Source: a virus
Lineage: Duplodnaviria > Heunggongvirae > Uroviricota > Caudoviricetes
Reading direction: 5' to 3' (one strand)
DNA length: 64,000 nucleotides
IMG/VR virus record: IMGVR_UViG_3300043429_000511
Location: 1 to 64,000 of that record
The notes under the pieces were generated by a model. The model worked only from the letters and a program-made list of their open reading frames with translations, did no database searches and was not told the origin of the DNA. This document shows positions 8,323-18,065 of this stretch, in pieces. A program made the position numbers and the translations under genes. Every line of letters begins with the position of its first letter. Positions within the stretch are counted from its first letter, which is position 1.

Positions 8323-9072
8323 TTAGTCCCAATAACCGTGTGATTTTCTGAAAAATTCTGGATTGTTTCTGTTAAGATAGGACTTAATCATTATATAAAA
8401 CATCCATAAAATACCCTTGTTCTTAAAACGTCTGGGTGATGTGTAGGTTCCCTTTATCTTATGTATCTTAAATTCCTTTGGGTTTACCTTCTGTGATATG
8501 GAATAATCCTCAGCAAAAAGTTCATTGGGGTTATATCCCCCGAGGTTCCAATACGTATGGGTCTTCCATAATTGAAATCCTCCCACCGCGAAAGGTGTCC
8601 CCATATAAGTGGATAGAGATTGGAACGTATCGAATACTCTGAACGTCCATCTATATGGATAGTCCGTATAGAACGGAACGGTAATCAAATCCTTCTTATA
8701 CCCCATACATTCTTCCAATATACTTGGATTGGTTAAGAATACATCTGAGTCCAAGAATAACATATATGGGGTTATTACCAATTTACTACCGTTTAATCTT
8801 CCTGTACTTGGATATCCACCTTCTATTACCGTAATCTTTAATATATGTTTGAAGTCTGATTGCAATCTTTCTATATACTGTAAAGATTCTTCTTCATCTG
8901 ATATATCTGCTATGATTACTCTTACCCCCGAAATGTGGTTTTGTTTGGAAATATTATATATACAGTCATATAAGGTTCTTCCCTCATTCTTGGATGGGAT
9001 TACAATTGTTAGTTTCCTACTTAATGACCGTATATTCATTGTTGTTATATATGATGTAACTATTATTTTCAA
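8323..9072 (-). CDS. glycosyltransferase family 2
   Basis: LTIVIPSKNEG ... FLDSD (DxD) GT-A motifs. Confidence 0.7.
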   Translation of the reverse strand: MKIIVTSYITTMNIRSLSRKLTIVIPSKNEGRTLYDCIYNISKQNHISGVRVIIADISDEEESLQYIERLQSDFKHILKITVIEGGYPSTGRLNGSKLVITPYMLFLDSDVFLTNPSILEECMGYKKDLITVPFYTDYPYRWTFRVFDTFQSLSTYMGTPFAVGGFQLWKTHTYWNLGGYNPNELFAEDYSISQKVNPKEFKIHKIKGTYTSPRRFKNKGILWMFYIMIKSYLNRNNPEFFRKSHGYWD

Positions 9073-9700
9073 TCCAATCCCCGCAGTTCAGATACCTTAT
9101 CCCATCAACCATTCTATCCTCAGGATGATGAATGTGACCCGAGATAACCGTTGAACAGTGATGTTTCTTTGCCTGTCTTGTTAGTTCCACCTCATATTGT
9201 GTGATAAACTTAACCGCCTCCTTTACCTTATTCTTAAGGAATTTGGATAACGAACGCTTAAATCCCATCTTCTTTAATGACCTATCAATCGATATCGCCA
9301 TATCATATCCAACGGAACCAAGAACGCCCAACCACTTTAACTTAACAACACCATCATATAAATCCCCGTGGGTTATAAACGTATTGTTCCATACATATTC
9401 ATTGTGAATCTCCACATTTCCAAAAGAGAATTCCCCGTACTCCCTTAGAAACTGGTCGTGATTCCCCGGTATGTATATAACCTTTGTCCCATTCTTTGAA
9501 TGAGATAATATCTTCCTCAATACATTGGTATGTGATTGGGGCCAACGGAATTTCCTCTTTAATAACCATCCGTCAATTATATCCCCAACAAGAAATAGAT
9601 ACTCAGGTTGGTATTGTTTTAAAATTGTTAGGACTTGTTCCGCATTGGAACCTTTTGAACCCAGATGAACATCTGAGATGAATAATGCTTGTATCTTCAT
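9017..9700 (-). CDS. calcineurin-like metallophosphoesterase (LpxH-like)
   Basis: FISDVHLG, LVGDIIDGW, GNHD, GHIHH motifs; start taken at internal MKIQ. Confidence 0.75.
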   Translation of the reverse strand: MKIQALFISDVHLGSKGSNAEQVLTILKQYQPEYLFLVGDIIDGWLLKRKFRWPQSHTNVLRKILSHSKNGTKVIYIPGNHDQFLREYGEFSFGNVEIHNEYVWNNTFITHGDLYDGVVKLKWLGVLGSVGYDMAISIDRSLKKMGFKRSLSKFLKNKVKEAVKFITQYEVELTRQAKKHHCSTVISGHIHHPEDRMVDGIRYLNCGDWIENNSYIIYNNNEYTVIK

Positions 9701-9799
9701 TCCCAATAAATATCCTGAATGGATACGGGAATCTGTTAACAAAATATTATAACTTCCGAGTTTGGACCATTTTTACTTCCGAGTTTGTCATATAAAAAC

Positions 9800-10231
9800 T
9801 TAAATGTCTTCATCTCTTGTATGTAAGTTAACTTCAACAATCAATTGTCTAATATAGTCTATGGTATCTTCATAACCACTCAATAATATATCCTCAATTC
9901 TATCCGTTGTTATATAATCATCAAAGGTGAGTCCATAACAATCATCAATCCGTGTTATTGCTCTGTATCTTGTGGGAATACCACTAACTCCATTGGTATG
10001 TAGGAAATCTCTATTGGTTACAATAAAAGCGTGACTCCTATCAAACGTTCCATTTCTCCAATAATTGAAATCCTGTATGGATGATGCTATTACCGCACAT
10101 TCCCTTGTTCTCGGTACTGCCGGAACTACATCAAATAATTCATTATAGACAGTTCTACCCGCCATTCTTCTTATTAACGGAAGACTTAGAACATAATGGT
10201 CATTCTTTCTTAAGAACTTAAATTCTTTCAT
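9800..10231 (-). CDS. FKFF-motif family protein
   Basis: N-terminus MKEFKFLRKN; paralogous N-term motif in >=7 ORFs. Confidence 0.5.
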   Translation of the reverse strand: MKEFKFLRKNDHYVLSLPLIRRMAGRTVYNELFDVVPAVPRTRECAVIASSIQDFNYWRNGTFDRSHAFIVTNRDFLHTNGVSGIPTRYRAITRIDDCYGLTFDDYITTDRIEDILLSGYEDTIDYIRQLIVEVNLHTRDEDI

Positions 10232-10461
10232 CTTAATGTATTTGCATAGTTTCCTGTATAATATCCTCTATTCCATATCTCCGACCTTAGTTCATCCGTG
10301 TATGGACAATTCCTATTATTACCAACCCCCGCATCGAATCCTTCCCTATATGTCCCAATTTCCCCACACTCAACAATATCCAATGGAATATTATCCCTCA
10401 TATAATAAAGAGTATATGATTCATTCTTTATCTCCTTTTGAAAGAACTTAAACTGTCTCAT
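10228..10461 (-). CDS. FKFF-motif family protein
   Basis: N-terminus MRQFKFFQKE. Confidence 0.5.
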   Translation of the reverse strand: MRQFKFFQKEIKNESYTLYYMRDNIPLDIVECGEIGTYREGFDAGVGNNRNCPYTDELRSEIWNRGYYTGNYANTLR

Positions 10462-10810
10462 CTGTTAGATTCTTTATTATAATAGGTTCATCACAATGGG
10501 GACAATCCTTAAGAACCAATAGATTATTCATATGGAAACTCCATTTGGATACCATTGGAACTTCCTCGGGTTTTAGTTTCCTGAAACCATCTTGATTATC
10601 CACCTCACCATATATGTCATAGTACTTACCTTTGTATCTGGTGATGATATGATTCCCATTTGTATAAGGAATACACCCTTTATACATCTTGGATAGGAGC
10701 AAATGAAACTTATAACATCCACCCTTGGAATATATGTGGTGAATGTATTCGTCCGTATGGTTTAGTTCCTCAATGAAGTCAGATATTCCCATTGTCTTGT
10801 TGTTTAGCAA
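10448..10810 (-). CDS. hypothetical protein
   Basis: 120-aa ORF, C-terminal CPHC. Confidence 0.45.
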   Translation of the reverse strand: MLNNKTMGISDFIEELNHTDEYIHHIYSKGGCYKFHLLLSKMYKGCIPYTNGNHIITRYKGKYYDIYGEVDNQDGFRKLKPEEVPMVSKWSFHMNNLLVLKDCPHCDEPIIIKNLTDETV

Positions 10811-11111
10811 GTTCTATAAGTTTATCTATACAAGCATTCTCTACTTCTTCGTATGTATCAAATCTTCTTAAATCATTTATAGAATAACCATTTTCATAAT
10901 GAGTTATGCTTATAAACAAATCATACTTCTCCCTAAACCATCTAAATGCTTGTTGGTAGAGTGGTGAAGCACAAGCATAACTAAGTGAATTTAGTTCAGT
11001 TGTATTTGGAAAGTAGCAACCTTCCAATGTATAAAATCCAAAGCATTCTTCATTAAAACCTAATTCTTTAAGTTCTAATGCTTGTTCGTATGGTATAAAT
11101 TCTTTGTTCAT
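10779..11111 (-). CDS. hypothetical protein
   Basis: 110-aa ORF. Confidence 0.45.
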   Translation of the reverse strand: MNKEFIPYEQALELKELGFNEECFGFYTLEGCYFPNTTELNSLSYACASPLYQQAFRWFREKYDLFISITHYENGYSINDLRRFDTYEEVENACIDKLIELAKQQDNGNI

Positions 11112-11117
11112 ATATTA

Positions 11118-11215
11118 TTTGTTTTTGTAGTCAGGACAGGATTCGAACCTGTAGGATAGGGCTTACCAAGAGCGACTCTGCCTAACGTCCATTAACGTAA
11201 TCGTTACCAATTCCG
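11118..11215 (-). tRNA. tRNA-like gene, type II (tRNA-Leu-like D-arm; possible UAA anticodon) with irregular anticodon stem
   Basis: 7-bp acceptor agtcagg/cctgact, T-arm acagg-TTCGAAT-cctgt, D-arm GGTGGCGGAATTGGTAA nearly identical to E. coli tRNA-Leu; anticodon region acgt-taatgg-acgt is non-canonical; 98 nt, no encoded CCA. Confidence 0.5.
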
Positions 11216-11345
11216 CCACCTGACTATATTTTTATTATTGTGTTAACATCGTAATCACAATACCTAATAAGATTGAAAAAATTACAGCGGTTATTGTAAA
11301 TCCTACCATAATGCCATCAAAATATGTTTTTTCTTTTTTCATAAC

Positions 11346-11531
11346 TTATTTATCTTTTGGTTTAATCCCGATAAAAAGAACCAATAAAGAAATTGGCAAC
11401 CCTAATATCATCCATACATAAAAACTTACGAGTAGTGATGGGTCTTGGTCTCTTGAAAATGATGCCGCACCTGTTAATGCTAACACAAGAACAAATCCGG
11501 ACCAATTTAATCTTTTAATATAATTTTTCAT
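11346..11531 (-). CDS. small membrane protein
   Basis: 61 aa, two hydrophobic segments. Confidence 0.4.
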   Translation of the reverse strand: MKNYIKRLNWSGFVLVLALTGAASFSRDQDPSLLVSFYVWMILGLPISLLVLFIGIKPKDK

Positions 11532-11779
11532 ATGTCCATTAAAAATTCAAGTATTGAACTTAAAGTTGTAAATCCAAAAACTAAGTAAAGTAATTTCACA
11601 CCCCAAAACCAACCAAACAAATCCGATTCTCCGGTTAGGAACCAAAAGATTAGGTACCAAAAACCAAATGATATTAATACACTCAATAAGAATATTAATA
11701 TAACTTTTAAAACTTCTAACATAAAATAAATTTTAATTTGCTTCGGCTTCGTAAACAATTTCATCCACGGTCTCTTCAA
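11528..11779 (-). CDS. small membrane protein
   Basis: 83 aa, 2-3 TM segments. Confidence 0.4.
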   Translation of the reverse strand: MKRPWMKLFTKPKQIKIYFMLEVLKVILIFLLSVLISFGFWYLIFWFLTGESDLFGWFWGVKLLYLVFGFTTLSSILEFLMDI

Positions 11780-12044
11780 TCATTGGTTGGTTCTCCAACT
11801 CCTCAATAACAATGTTAATTGCTTCACGATATCGGGTTTCTCCCGGTTGGAAATAGATTCCGGTTAAACCCAACACTTCATTATCTATGTAGTGGCGGTT
11901 TTTACCTTTACCTTTTAATATTTCGTGGTCCATCGACACATCATCCCAATAGTCCAATACAAGTTTATGTCCACCCTTATCTTTGTGTACCAATCTAACA
12001 ATATTGTTATGACTGAAGTTCTTAATAAATTCTCCTAGTTTCAT
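11733..12044 (-). CDS. hypothetical protein
   Basis: 103-aa ORF. Confidence 0.4.
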   Translation of the reverse strand: MKLGEFIKNFSHNNIVRLVHKDKGGHKLVLDYWDDVSMDHEILKGKGKNRHYIDNEVLGLTGIYFQPGETRYREAINIVIEELENQPMIEETVDEIVYEAEAN

Positions 12045-12048
12045 ATTA

Positions 12049-12333
12049 TTATTTTTTAATTAATTCAAATAGATGCCAAACAAAAGGATTATCGATATAT
12101 GTACCAATGTACTCATATTCATCAATATTTCTAATGTTATGACCTGTACCGTGAATTTCAAATACTCTCTCTTCTAACTCAGCATCAACATTAACAATCG
12201 CCCACATATGAGGGATGTCATTTTGCATTTGAACGGTTAATATCTTTGCTCCTTTCGGCATCATTATAGTACCTACATCAACTCTATATTTCCAAATCTG
12301 TGTCATATTATTTAATTTTAAAAAAATTAACAA
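12049..12333 (-). CDS. hypothetical protein
   Basis: 94-aa ORF. Confidence 0.4.
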   Translation of the reverse strand: MLIFLKLNNMTQIWKYRVDVGTIMMPKGAKILTVQMQNDIPHMWAIVNVDAELEERVFEIHGTGHNIRNIDEYEYIGTYIDNPFVWHLFELIKK

Positions 12334-12493
12334 ATCTATCTTTTAAAGTAATTTTGTTTTTCTTTAACATCTCTTGATATTCTACTACTTCAATCGCTTC
12401 ACTCATTGAGATTGGTGTTCCTCTTCTTACCTTATCAGATAATTCTTCAAGACGTTTGTCTATGATTGTTTTTCTAAATGTATTTTGTAACAT
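12308..12493 (-). CDS. hypothetical protein
   Basis: 61-aa ORF. Confidence 0.3.
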   Translation of the reverse strand: MLQNTFRKTIIDKRLEELSDKVRRGTPISMSEAIEVVEYQEMLKKNKITLKDRFVNFFKIK

Positions 12494-12504
12494 ATTGTTA
12501 TGTT

Positions 12505-12852
12505 TTAATCTTCAAATATTATTTTACCACATTCCCAACATTTATAAACACCCTCACGATAACCTTCTCTTCTTCTTAAAGGATGTTCACATTTATTTTT
12601 ATGCGAGCCAGGGATTTCATCATCACCAATCAACTCTTCATTACTCAATCCACCCCAATCGTCATTTTTAACAATTTTGAAGTTGAGTGTTAACCATCCT
12701 AATAGTGCTAAAGAAATACATAACCACCAATACCATTCTTTATCGGGCACAATGGTCCCCATCAACTTGTGTATAATATATGTACACATCGGTATATACC
12801 AAATGGCTATTGTTCTCCACGGATTTAAAAAACCACGTTTTTTAATTTTCAT
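12505..12852 (-). CDS. membrane protein with C-terminal zinc ribbon
   Basis: TM segments then CEH...CWECGK. Confidence 0.4.
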   Translation of the reverse strand: MKIKKRGFLNPWRTIAIWYIPMCTYIIHKLMGTIVPDKEWYWWLCISLALLGWLTLNFKIVKNDDWGGLSNEELIGDDEIPGSHKNKCEHPLRRREGYREGVYKCWECGKIIFED

Positions 12853-12910
12853 AAGTTATTTCTTTTTATATTACAAAAATATACAAAAAAATCAATAAAA
12901 TGCTCAGTAT

Positions 12911-13390
12911 TTATACTGAATTTGGAATAAACCATTCGGGAATCTCACCATTCTTCCACTTTGAAAATGAACTCTTGGTAAAGTTGTAATAGTTTCTGTA
13001 GGATTGGACGTGACACATTTCTTTGTACTCATTAGGCATCGCTAGTGGTGGTTCGATAAACTTACCTTCTGGTATGTTTGGTGGGTTATCACAACACCAT
13101 AGAATAATGTCATATGATTTGTGTGTTTTAAGATATCTACGTTTGTACTCCCAACACAATTGAATACCCAACATACATAACCATCTATAGTTTTCAGTAT
13201 TAGTTCTTGTCCATATAGCACAAGGATGATTCTTATGAGATAGTTTGTATGGTGCTTCAGAACCGGTTACCCAATGTGCACCACACAATAGTTGTGCGGT
13301 TTCAAGTATCATCTTAACAACGTGTTTGTCATTGTGGTATCTTGCACATCTTGTGGGGTTCTTATCCAAGTAAAATATATTCATTACCAA
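12911..13390 (-). CDS. conserved hypothetical Cys/His-rich protein
   Basis: 159 aa, FYLDKNPTRCARYHNDKH... ; no family assigned. Confidence 0.45.
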   Translation of the reverse strand: MVMNIFYLDKNPTRCARYHNDKHVVKMILETAQLLCGAHWVTGSEAPYKLSHKNHPCAIWTRTNTENYRWLCMLGIQLCWEYKRRYLKTHKSYDIILWCCDNPPNIPEGKFIEPPLAMPNEYKEMCHVQSYRNYYNFTKSSFSKWKNGEIPEWFIPNSV

Positions 13391-13815
13391 GCATTTAATA
13401 ATTTTGCAATTCCGATAATTGTAACAATGGTTGTCAATGCACTCACAACAACCACACCAATTGGGTCATATAACCAACTTTCTTGAAGAACAATTTTAAT
13501 CTTCATCCACCATTTTGGATTCACCTTTGTTACCGTTGTTGTTTGGAATAATTTTATTGGGTTATCATTTAAATCTCTTCCTTCATTAATCCGTCTTGTA
13601 ACTTCCGCTCGTCTCTCCTCCGTTAATCTATCGTGACGTAAGTTCCTATCATAAAAGTATCGTTCCATCTCATTATTGGGATGACGAAGTCTATCATATT
13701 GACCACGGTTTGTGTGATATAACATTCTTCTACTCATATGGCCCTCAGGGGTGTCCTGAAAGGTGTACTCATCACTATAAACATAACCCTTAAAAAATTT
13801 GAACGGTTTAATCAT
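13384..13815 (-). CDS. FKFF-motif family protein with C-terminal TM anchor
   Basis: N-terminus MIKPFKFFKG; hydrophobic C-terminus. Confidence 0.5.
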   Translation of the reverse strand: MIKPFKFFKGYVYSDEYTFQDTPEGHMSRRMLYHTNRGQYDRLRHPNNEMERYFYDRNLRHDRLTEERRAEVTRRINEGRDLNDNPIKLFQTTTVTKVNPKWWMKIKIVLQESWLYDPIGVVVVSALTTIVTIIGIAKLLNAW

Positions 13816-13823
13816 AAACTATT

Positions 13824-13985
13824 ATTCTGCGGTAACATTTTTTTGTTCAATAGCCCTACTCACCCTCCTCTCAAGTTCGGCAACTCTTGACCTAGTTGTA
13901 TCATCCCTTAACCTATCCTCCAATTCTCTCAACCTTCTCTCAAGTTTCTCAACCCTCAAAATTAACTCATCTTGTCTATTTCTCA
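13824..13985 (-). CDS. small coiled-coil protein
   Basis: 54-aa Arg/Glu/Leu heptad ORF (below ORF-track cutoff). Confidence 0.3.
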
Positions 13986-14270
13986 TCAATCTACCAAATA
14001 ATATTTTGACTTTCTGTAATCAATTTTTTCTTGATGTGAGTCTTTCCAATTTTGGATAATATCCAATGCTTGTTCTTTGTGTTGGAATGGATATGCTCCT
14101 GACCTCCACACCTTAAATGGTAGGTAGAAGTAGTTTGTTCTATACCATATCCTTTCTTGGGGTAAGTAATATGTCGTTCCATTATATACCCACGTTTCGA
14201 TACGATACTTAGGTTTAGCTTCTGATGTTATCACTCCCAATAACATTAGTAATAAAATAATTTTTTTCAT
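13986..14270 (-). CDS. secreted small protein
   Basis: N-terminal signal peptide MKKIILLLMLLGVITSEA. Confidence 0.45.
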   Translation of the reverse strand: MKKIILLLMLLGVITSEAKPKYRIETWVYNGTTYYLPQERIWYRTNYFYLPFKVWRSGAYPFQHKEQALDIIQNWKDSHQEKIDYRKSKYYLVD

Positions 14271-14311
14271 CGTATATAAAATATACTAAAAAAATATTAT
14301 AATAAAAACTT

Positions 14312-14542
14312 TTAACGATACCTCCTGTTTAATTGTCTACCAGCAGCAGACGGTGTTTGTAAATAATTGTTATAGTACATTACAAATTCTCTACCATCTT
14401 CTTGGATGACACATCTAAAAAAATCGGGTAACATTTGTGTAACCGTACAATAATATCCACGCAAGATAAATGAAGAACCAACTTCCAATCGACACCTATC
14501 TTTATACTTGTTCTTCTGAAAGAATTTAAATTCACTTACCAT
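14312..14542 (-). CDS. FKFF-motif family protein
   Basis: N-terminus MVSEFKFFQKN. Confidence 0.5.
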   Translation of the reverse strand: MVSEFKFFQKNKYKDRCRLEVGSSFILRGYYCTVTQMLPDFFRCVIQEDGREFVMYYNNYLQTPSAAGRQLNRRYR

Positions 14543-14891
14543 AAATTTTTTTAATTTTATAATAGAGTTTGAATAGTAATTTACTCAACCATACCGGTCG
14601 TCTATAATAAAATCGAGCCCATTCTTTTTTCTGTGGATAAGACCAATGATAACCTACCATTTGTTCAAAGAAAAACTTTCTTAATCTCCATTTTATTTCT
14701 TCACTAAACGATAACATATAAACATCACACATTAACTCGGTTTCATCGTAGTAGTATTCATTACTGTTAATTGTTTTAAAATAAAAAATGGTGTCACCTA
14801 TTTTACACAATCCTGAGAGATGAATGTCATAATGACTATTCACCCAAAAAAATTTTAACTCATCATAAGGTAATGTGGCAATTCGATTCAT
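14532..14891 (-). CDS. hypothetical protein
   Basis: 119-aa ORF. Confidence 0.4.
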   Translation of the reverse strand: MNRIATLPYDELKFFWVNSHYDIHLSGLCKIGDTIFYFKTINSNEYYYDETELMCDVYMLSFSEEIKWRLRKFFFEQMVGYHWSYPQKKEWARFYYRRPVWLSKLLFKLYYKIKKIYGK

Positions 14892-14904
14892 AAAAAAAAT
14901 TTAA

Positions 14905-15087
14905 TTATTTATCCTCAACCCAAATTTCTATCGGTTCGTCAAATGGTGATGTCTTGTTTGGTATATAATTTGGATTCTTTACACTTTTCCAACTCATACC
15001 ACATCTATTACACTTACAACGATTAGGTGCCCACCCAAAATTGTATGTGTACTTGTGTCCGAATATTTTACAAATTAATTTCTTCAT
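14905..15087 (-). CDS. small zinc-ribbon protein
   Basis: CKIFGH...CKCNRCG. Confidence 0.4.
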   Translation of the reverse strand: MKKLICKIFGHKYTYNFGWAPNRCKCNRCGMSWKSVKNPNYIPNKTSPFDEPIEIWVEDK

Positions 15088-15107
15088 CTTAGTAATTTTT
15101 AATTAAT

Positions 15108-15396
15108 CCAAATAAAAAACTAATTTGTAATTTTCCAGTTCTACCCCATTCTATATAGAGTAGTGATTCGTTGTGGTTGATTTCTAATAACGAAAACCAA
15201 CTTCTTCCTCTACCTTCGATTTCAATATCGAATAGTTCTATGTTTAATCTCATAATGGTATGTAAAAAAATAATGAATCAAATTTTGAATGTGCGAGAAA
15301 ATAACTACCGTCTTTACATCGATATAAATTAACTCGTCTACCATTCACTACGTCAGTGAAACGATATTCAATAAAGGTTGCAAATAATCTTTTCAT
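15108..15396 (-). CDS. two translationally coupled micro-ORFs (~48 aa each, ATGA overlap at 15250-15253)
   Basis: direct translation of minus strand; below ORF-track cutoff. Confidence 0.25.
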
Positions 15397-15486
15397 ATTT
15401 CTTACCATTTACCCCATTGGGATTTGTGTCTATTCTCTTCGGCAATCTTAAAACCCAACCATATTTCTTGAAGGGTTTTTTTAAAT

Positions 15487-15855
15487 TTAATTATTAATTT
15501 GTTCATATGCTTTTGGTGATGGTAAACCACTATATTCACAATGAAAATCTTCTCGGTACTCTCTTAGTTTTTCTTTAATCTCCTCGGGAAAGTACATACC
15601 ATTAGATTCCATATCAGCAATAGTTCTGTTAACCGATTTATAAATTATTTTCTTTTCTCTTTTAGGAATAGATTGTTCATCAAACAATCTTTGCATCATA
15701 ACAAACAATGCGTCTCTTCCATATTTTTTTGCGTTCGGGTCATATTGATACCCGTTCTTTTCCATACTCATAAATTCCTTATACACAAGAATACCGAATA
15801 CTAAAAATAAGGTAGACACAATAGTTGTAAGAATTATAATATCTAAATTCTCCAT
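15487..15855 (-). CDS. membrane-anchored hypothetical protein
   Basis: N-terminal TM segment. Confidence 0.45.
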   Translation of the reverse strand: MENLDIIILTTIVSTLFLVFGILVYKEFMSMEKNGYQYDPNAKKYGRDALFVMMQRLFDEQSIPKREKKIIYKSVNRTIADMESNGMYFPEEIKEKLREYREDFHCEYSGLPSPKAYEQINN

Positions 15856-16038
15856 TTTTTATTTTCTTTTAATGTTTACAAAATTCAACAACCCTAAAAT
15901 TGTTGGTGGCCATAACCCAATAAAAATTGCTTTCAAAGGATTGTTTTGTACTAAGTAAATGTATTCACTCACAAAAATACAAATTACACACACCATTAAA
16001 ATAAGCATTTCACTTATACTGAACTTCTTCATAATTTT

Positions 16039-16713
16039 TTAATTTAAACTGTTTGGATAATATAATAAAGTTGGATTCTTTTTTTGAATGTCAACATCGG
16101 GATACTCTTGTTTGAATTTCATAACATCAAATTTTTTGGTAATTAAATGATGTCCGTTTTTTGTTGGGATAATCGATTCAACTTTCGGTCCAACCTTATA
16201 CCCAATCGGTATTCCTACCTCGTCATATTCAACAACAGTAATTGGTTCACAACCATATTCAATATGGGCAACCATTAGTGGTGAGACTTGTGGATTATCA
16301 ATGTCAACAATCCATCTCTTCTCCTGTGTTTTTAATTGACCAACAACGGAATCAAATAATCCTTTTTGATTTTGTACTCCGTTCTTAATTCTTTCCGCCA
16401 AGGTTGCCAACATATCCAATGAAACATCTTTGTGATTTTGTTTTTGAATATGGATGTATGCTCTCGCCTTAAACACCTCACATAATTGTTTTATCTCGTC
16501 ATATCTCATATCGAGATATGAAATACTATCAACACAATATGTCTTTATTGTCCTGACTGACTGATGATTATCTTTCTCACCTTCGGGTTGGTCCTTCTTG
16601 CGTTTGAAAACATAAAGCATATAAAAATCTCCGACTTCGGAGAAATTTAACAACTGCTTAATTTTTTCGATATTATCTATCACTTTTGTCAGTTGATGTG
16701 AAATATTTTTCAA
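16039..16713 (-). CDS. hypothetical protein
   Basis: 224-aa ORF. Confidence 0.45.
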   Translation of the reverse strand: MKNISHQLTKVIDNIEKIKQLLNFSEVGDFYMLYVFKRKKDQPEGEKDNHQSVRTIKTYCVDSISYLDMRYDEIKQLCEVFKARAYIHIQKQNHKDVSLDMLATLAERIKNGVQNQKGLFDSVVGQLKTQEKRWIVDIDNPQVSPLMVAHIEYGCEPITVVEYDEVGIPIGYKVGPKVESIIPTKNGHHLITKKFDVMKFKQEYPDVDIQKKNPTLLYYPNSLN

Positions 16714-16900
16714 TTGCCTCTAACCTATCATCAGCATCAATTAACATCTTAAGAGCATCTTCCGCATTGTTGTAGAAGTCTTTCGTTGAATGGTCACCAA
16801 TACCTACACCTTTATTACCTAAAAGGTCTAATGATAGTAATGCTTTCGCTTTATCAGCTTCCGCCGATGTTTGTAACATTTTAATTAAATTCTGATTCAT
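16673..16900 (-). CDS. hypothetical protein
   Basis: 75-aa ORF. Confidence 0.35.
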   Translation of the reverse strand: MNQNLIKMLQTSAEADKAKALLSLDLLGNKGVGIGDHSTKDFYNNAEDALKMLIDADDRLEAIEKYFTSTDKSDR

Positions 16901-16912
16901 ATTTTTGTTTGT

Positions 16913-17287
16913 TTAAAATAATGATTCAATTAAGTATGAAAGTTTATATCCTGTAAATGCACCAAGTGCTGATGGGATTGGGAATACGATTAACTTACCT
17001 AAACTTGTTACATATCTCGGTCTGTTTTGTATCCTACCCAACATATAATAATAACTCAAGTAACCAACCATAACCATCAAATCAGTTCTTGTGGATATAA
17101 ACACTACGATTGTTGCACCAAGAAATCCAAAGAAAAAATTATCCCTAACTCCTTCCCATACCTCTAGTGAAGTGGCTTCATTCCACTCTTTTATTATTCT
17201 TTGTAATTTTTTTCTTGACATTATTTTCTTGTATCGAATTTTTGAACTATCGACATTATATCTGTGACGTCTGTTGGTCTTAACCAA
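16913..17287 (-). CDS. membrane protein
   Basis: multiple hydrophobic segments. Confidence 0.4.
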   Translation of the reverse strand: MVKTNRRHRYNVDSSKIRYKKIMSRKKLQRIIKEWNEATSLEVWEGVRDNFFFGFLGATIVVFISTRTDLMVMVGYLSYYYMLGRIQNRPRYVTSLGKLIVFPIPSALGAFTGYKLSYLIESLF

Positions 17288-17496
17288 CCCACAACATCTT
17301 CGGTTATTGGTGTGTCATATAGAATTTCTCCGGTTTCCTCACTAACAACCGCCAACTCATACAAATCTTTTTCATTTCCATATGAGTAGTCGTGTTTAAC
17401 TACTGATACACCGTATCCATTCCCAAAATAAAGACGACTAACTACACCATTATTTATTGGGTGAGGATTAAAAACCAAATCATTAAATGTTTTCAT
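17221..17496 (-). CDS. hypothetical protein (paralog of 22128..22406)
   Basis: GYGVSVVKH..LYELAVVSEETGEILYDTPITEDVVGWL vs EWGVSVTRS..LFELVTLDENANVVYNTPLVGPIGFL. Confidence 0.5.
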   Translation of the reverse strand: MKTFNDLVFNPHPINNGVVSRLYFGNGYGVSVVKHDYSYGNEKDLYELAVVSEETGEILYDTPITEDVVGWLRPTDVTDIMSIVQKFDTRK

Positions 17497-18065
17497 ACTA
17501 TTATTTTTTGGTACTTAATTACTTTGAAATGTTCTCTATATTTTTCTCTCGGTATCAGATACCCCATCGTGTGACTGTTTATATCACCCGATTCTTCTGA
17601 TACAGGAAACTCATTGTTTGATATAATCTCTCTAAGTTTTGTTACAGGTATTGACCACAATTCGTCCAAGTGAAAAAAGAAATTCATCCACACATCTGCG
17701 GTCGTTGTTGTTATTCCTGAATCAACTCCTCTACTATGAAACTCTATGAATATATTTCCAGTATCCTTTCCTTCAATCCATATCTCTCTTTCCCATCCTT
17801 GTGGTTTAAACCACTTACCTGGTATAATATAAACATCGGTTTTGATTTCGTACTTAAATGGTTTTGATTTATGTTTTAATTCTAAATCCCATTTTTTTAA
17901 ATCACCTCTCTCTTCCGATTCTCTTACAAATTCTAAACCTTTATAGTCCATCAAATATTGTGCAGCCATCTTCTCACCAATCTTACCAATACGATTATCC
18001 TTTGTGAAATTCTTTTGACTCACAATGTTATCAATATCAGATTTGGTGACGTATAGTTTTACCAT
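17493..18065 (-). CDS. hypothetical protein (weak PD-(D/E)xK-like D-x-E-x-K)
   Basis: 190 aa; WDLELKH motif only. Confidence 0.4.
   Translation of the reverse strand: MVKLYVTKSDIDNIVSQKNFTKDNRIGKIGEKMAAQYLMDYKGLEFVRESEERGDLKKWDLELKHKSKPFKYEIKTDVYIIPGKWFKPQGWEREIWIEGKDTGNIFIEFHSRGVDSGITTTTADVWMNFFFHLDELWSIPVTKLREIISNNEFPVSEESGDINSHTMGYLIPREKYREHFKVIKYQKIIV

Noticed and set aside
8323-9072. Trimming the GT2 start to remove the 56-nt overlap with the phosphoesterase gene
   Set aside because: Internal Met candidates still overlap, so the ORF-track coordinates were retained.
11346-11779. Holin pair
   Set aside because: These small membrane proteins are far from the lysin genes and have no dual-start or charged C-terminus features I could verify. 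They are kept as generic membrane proteins.
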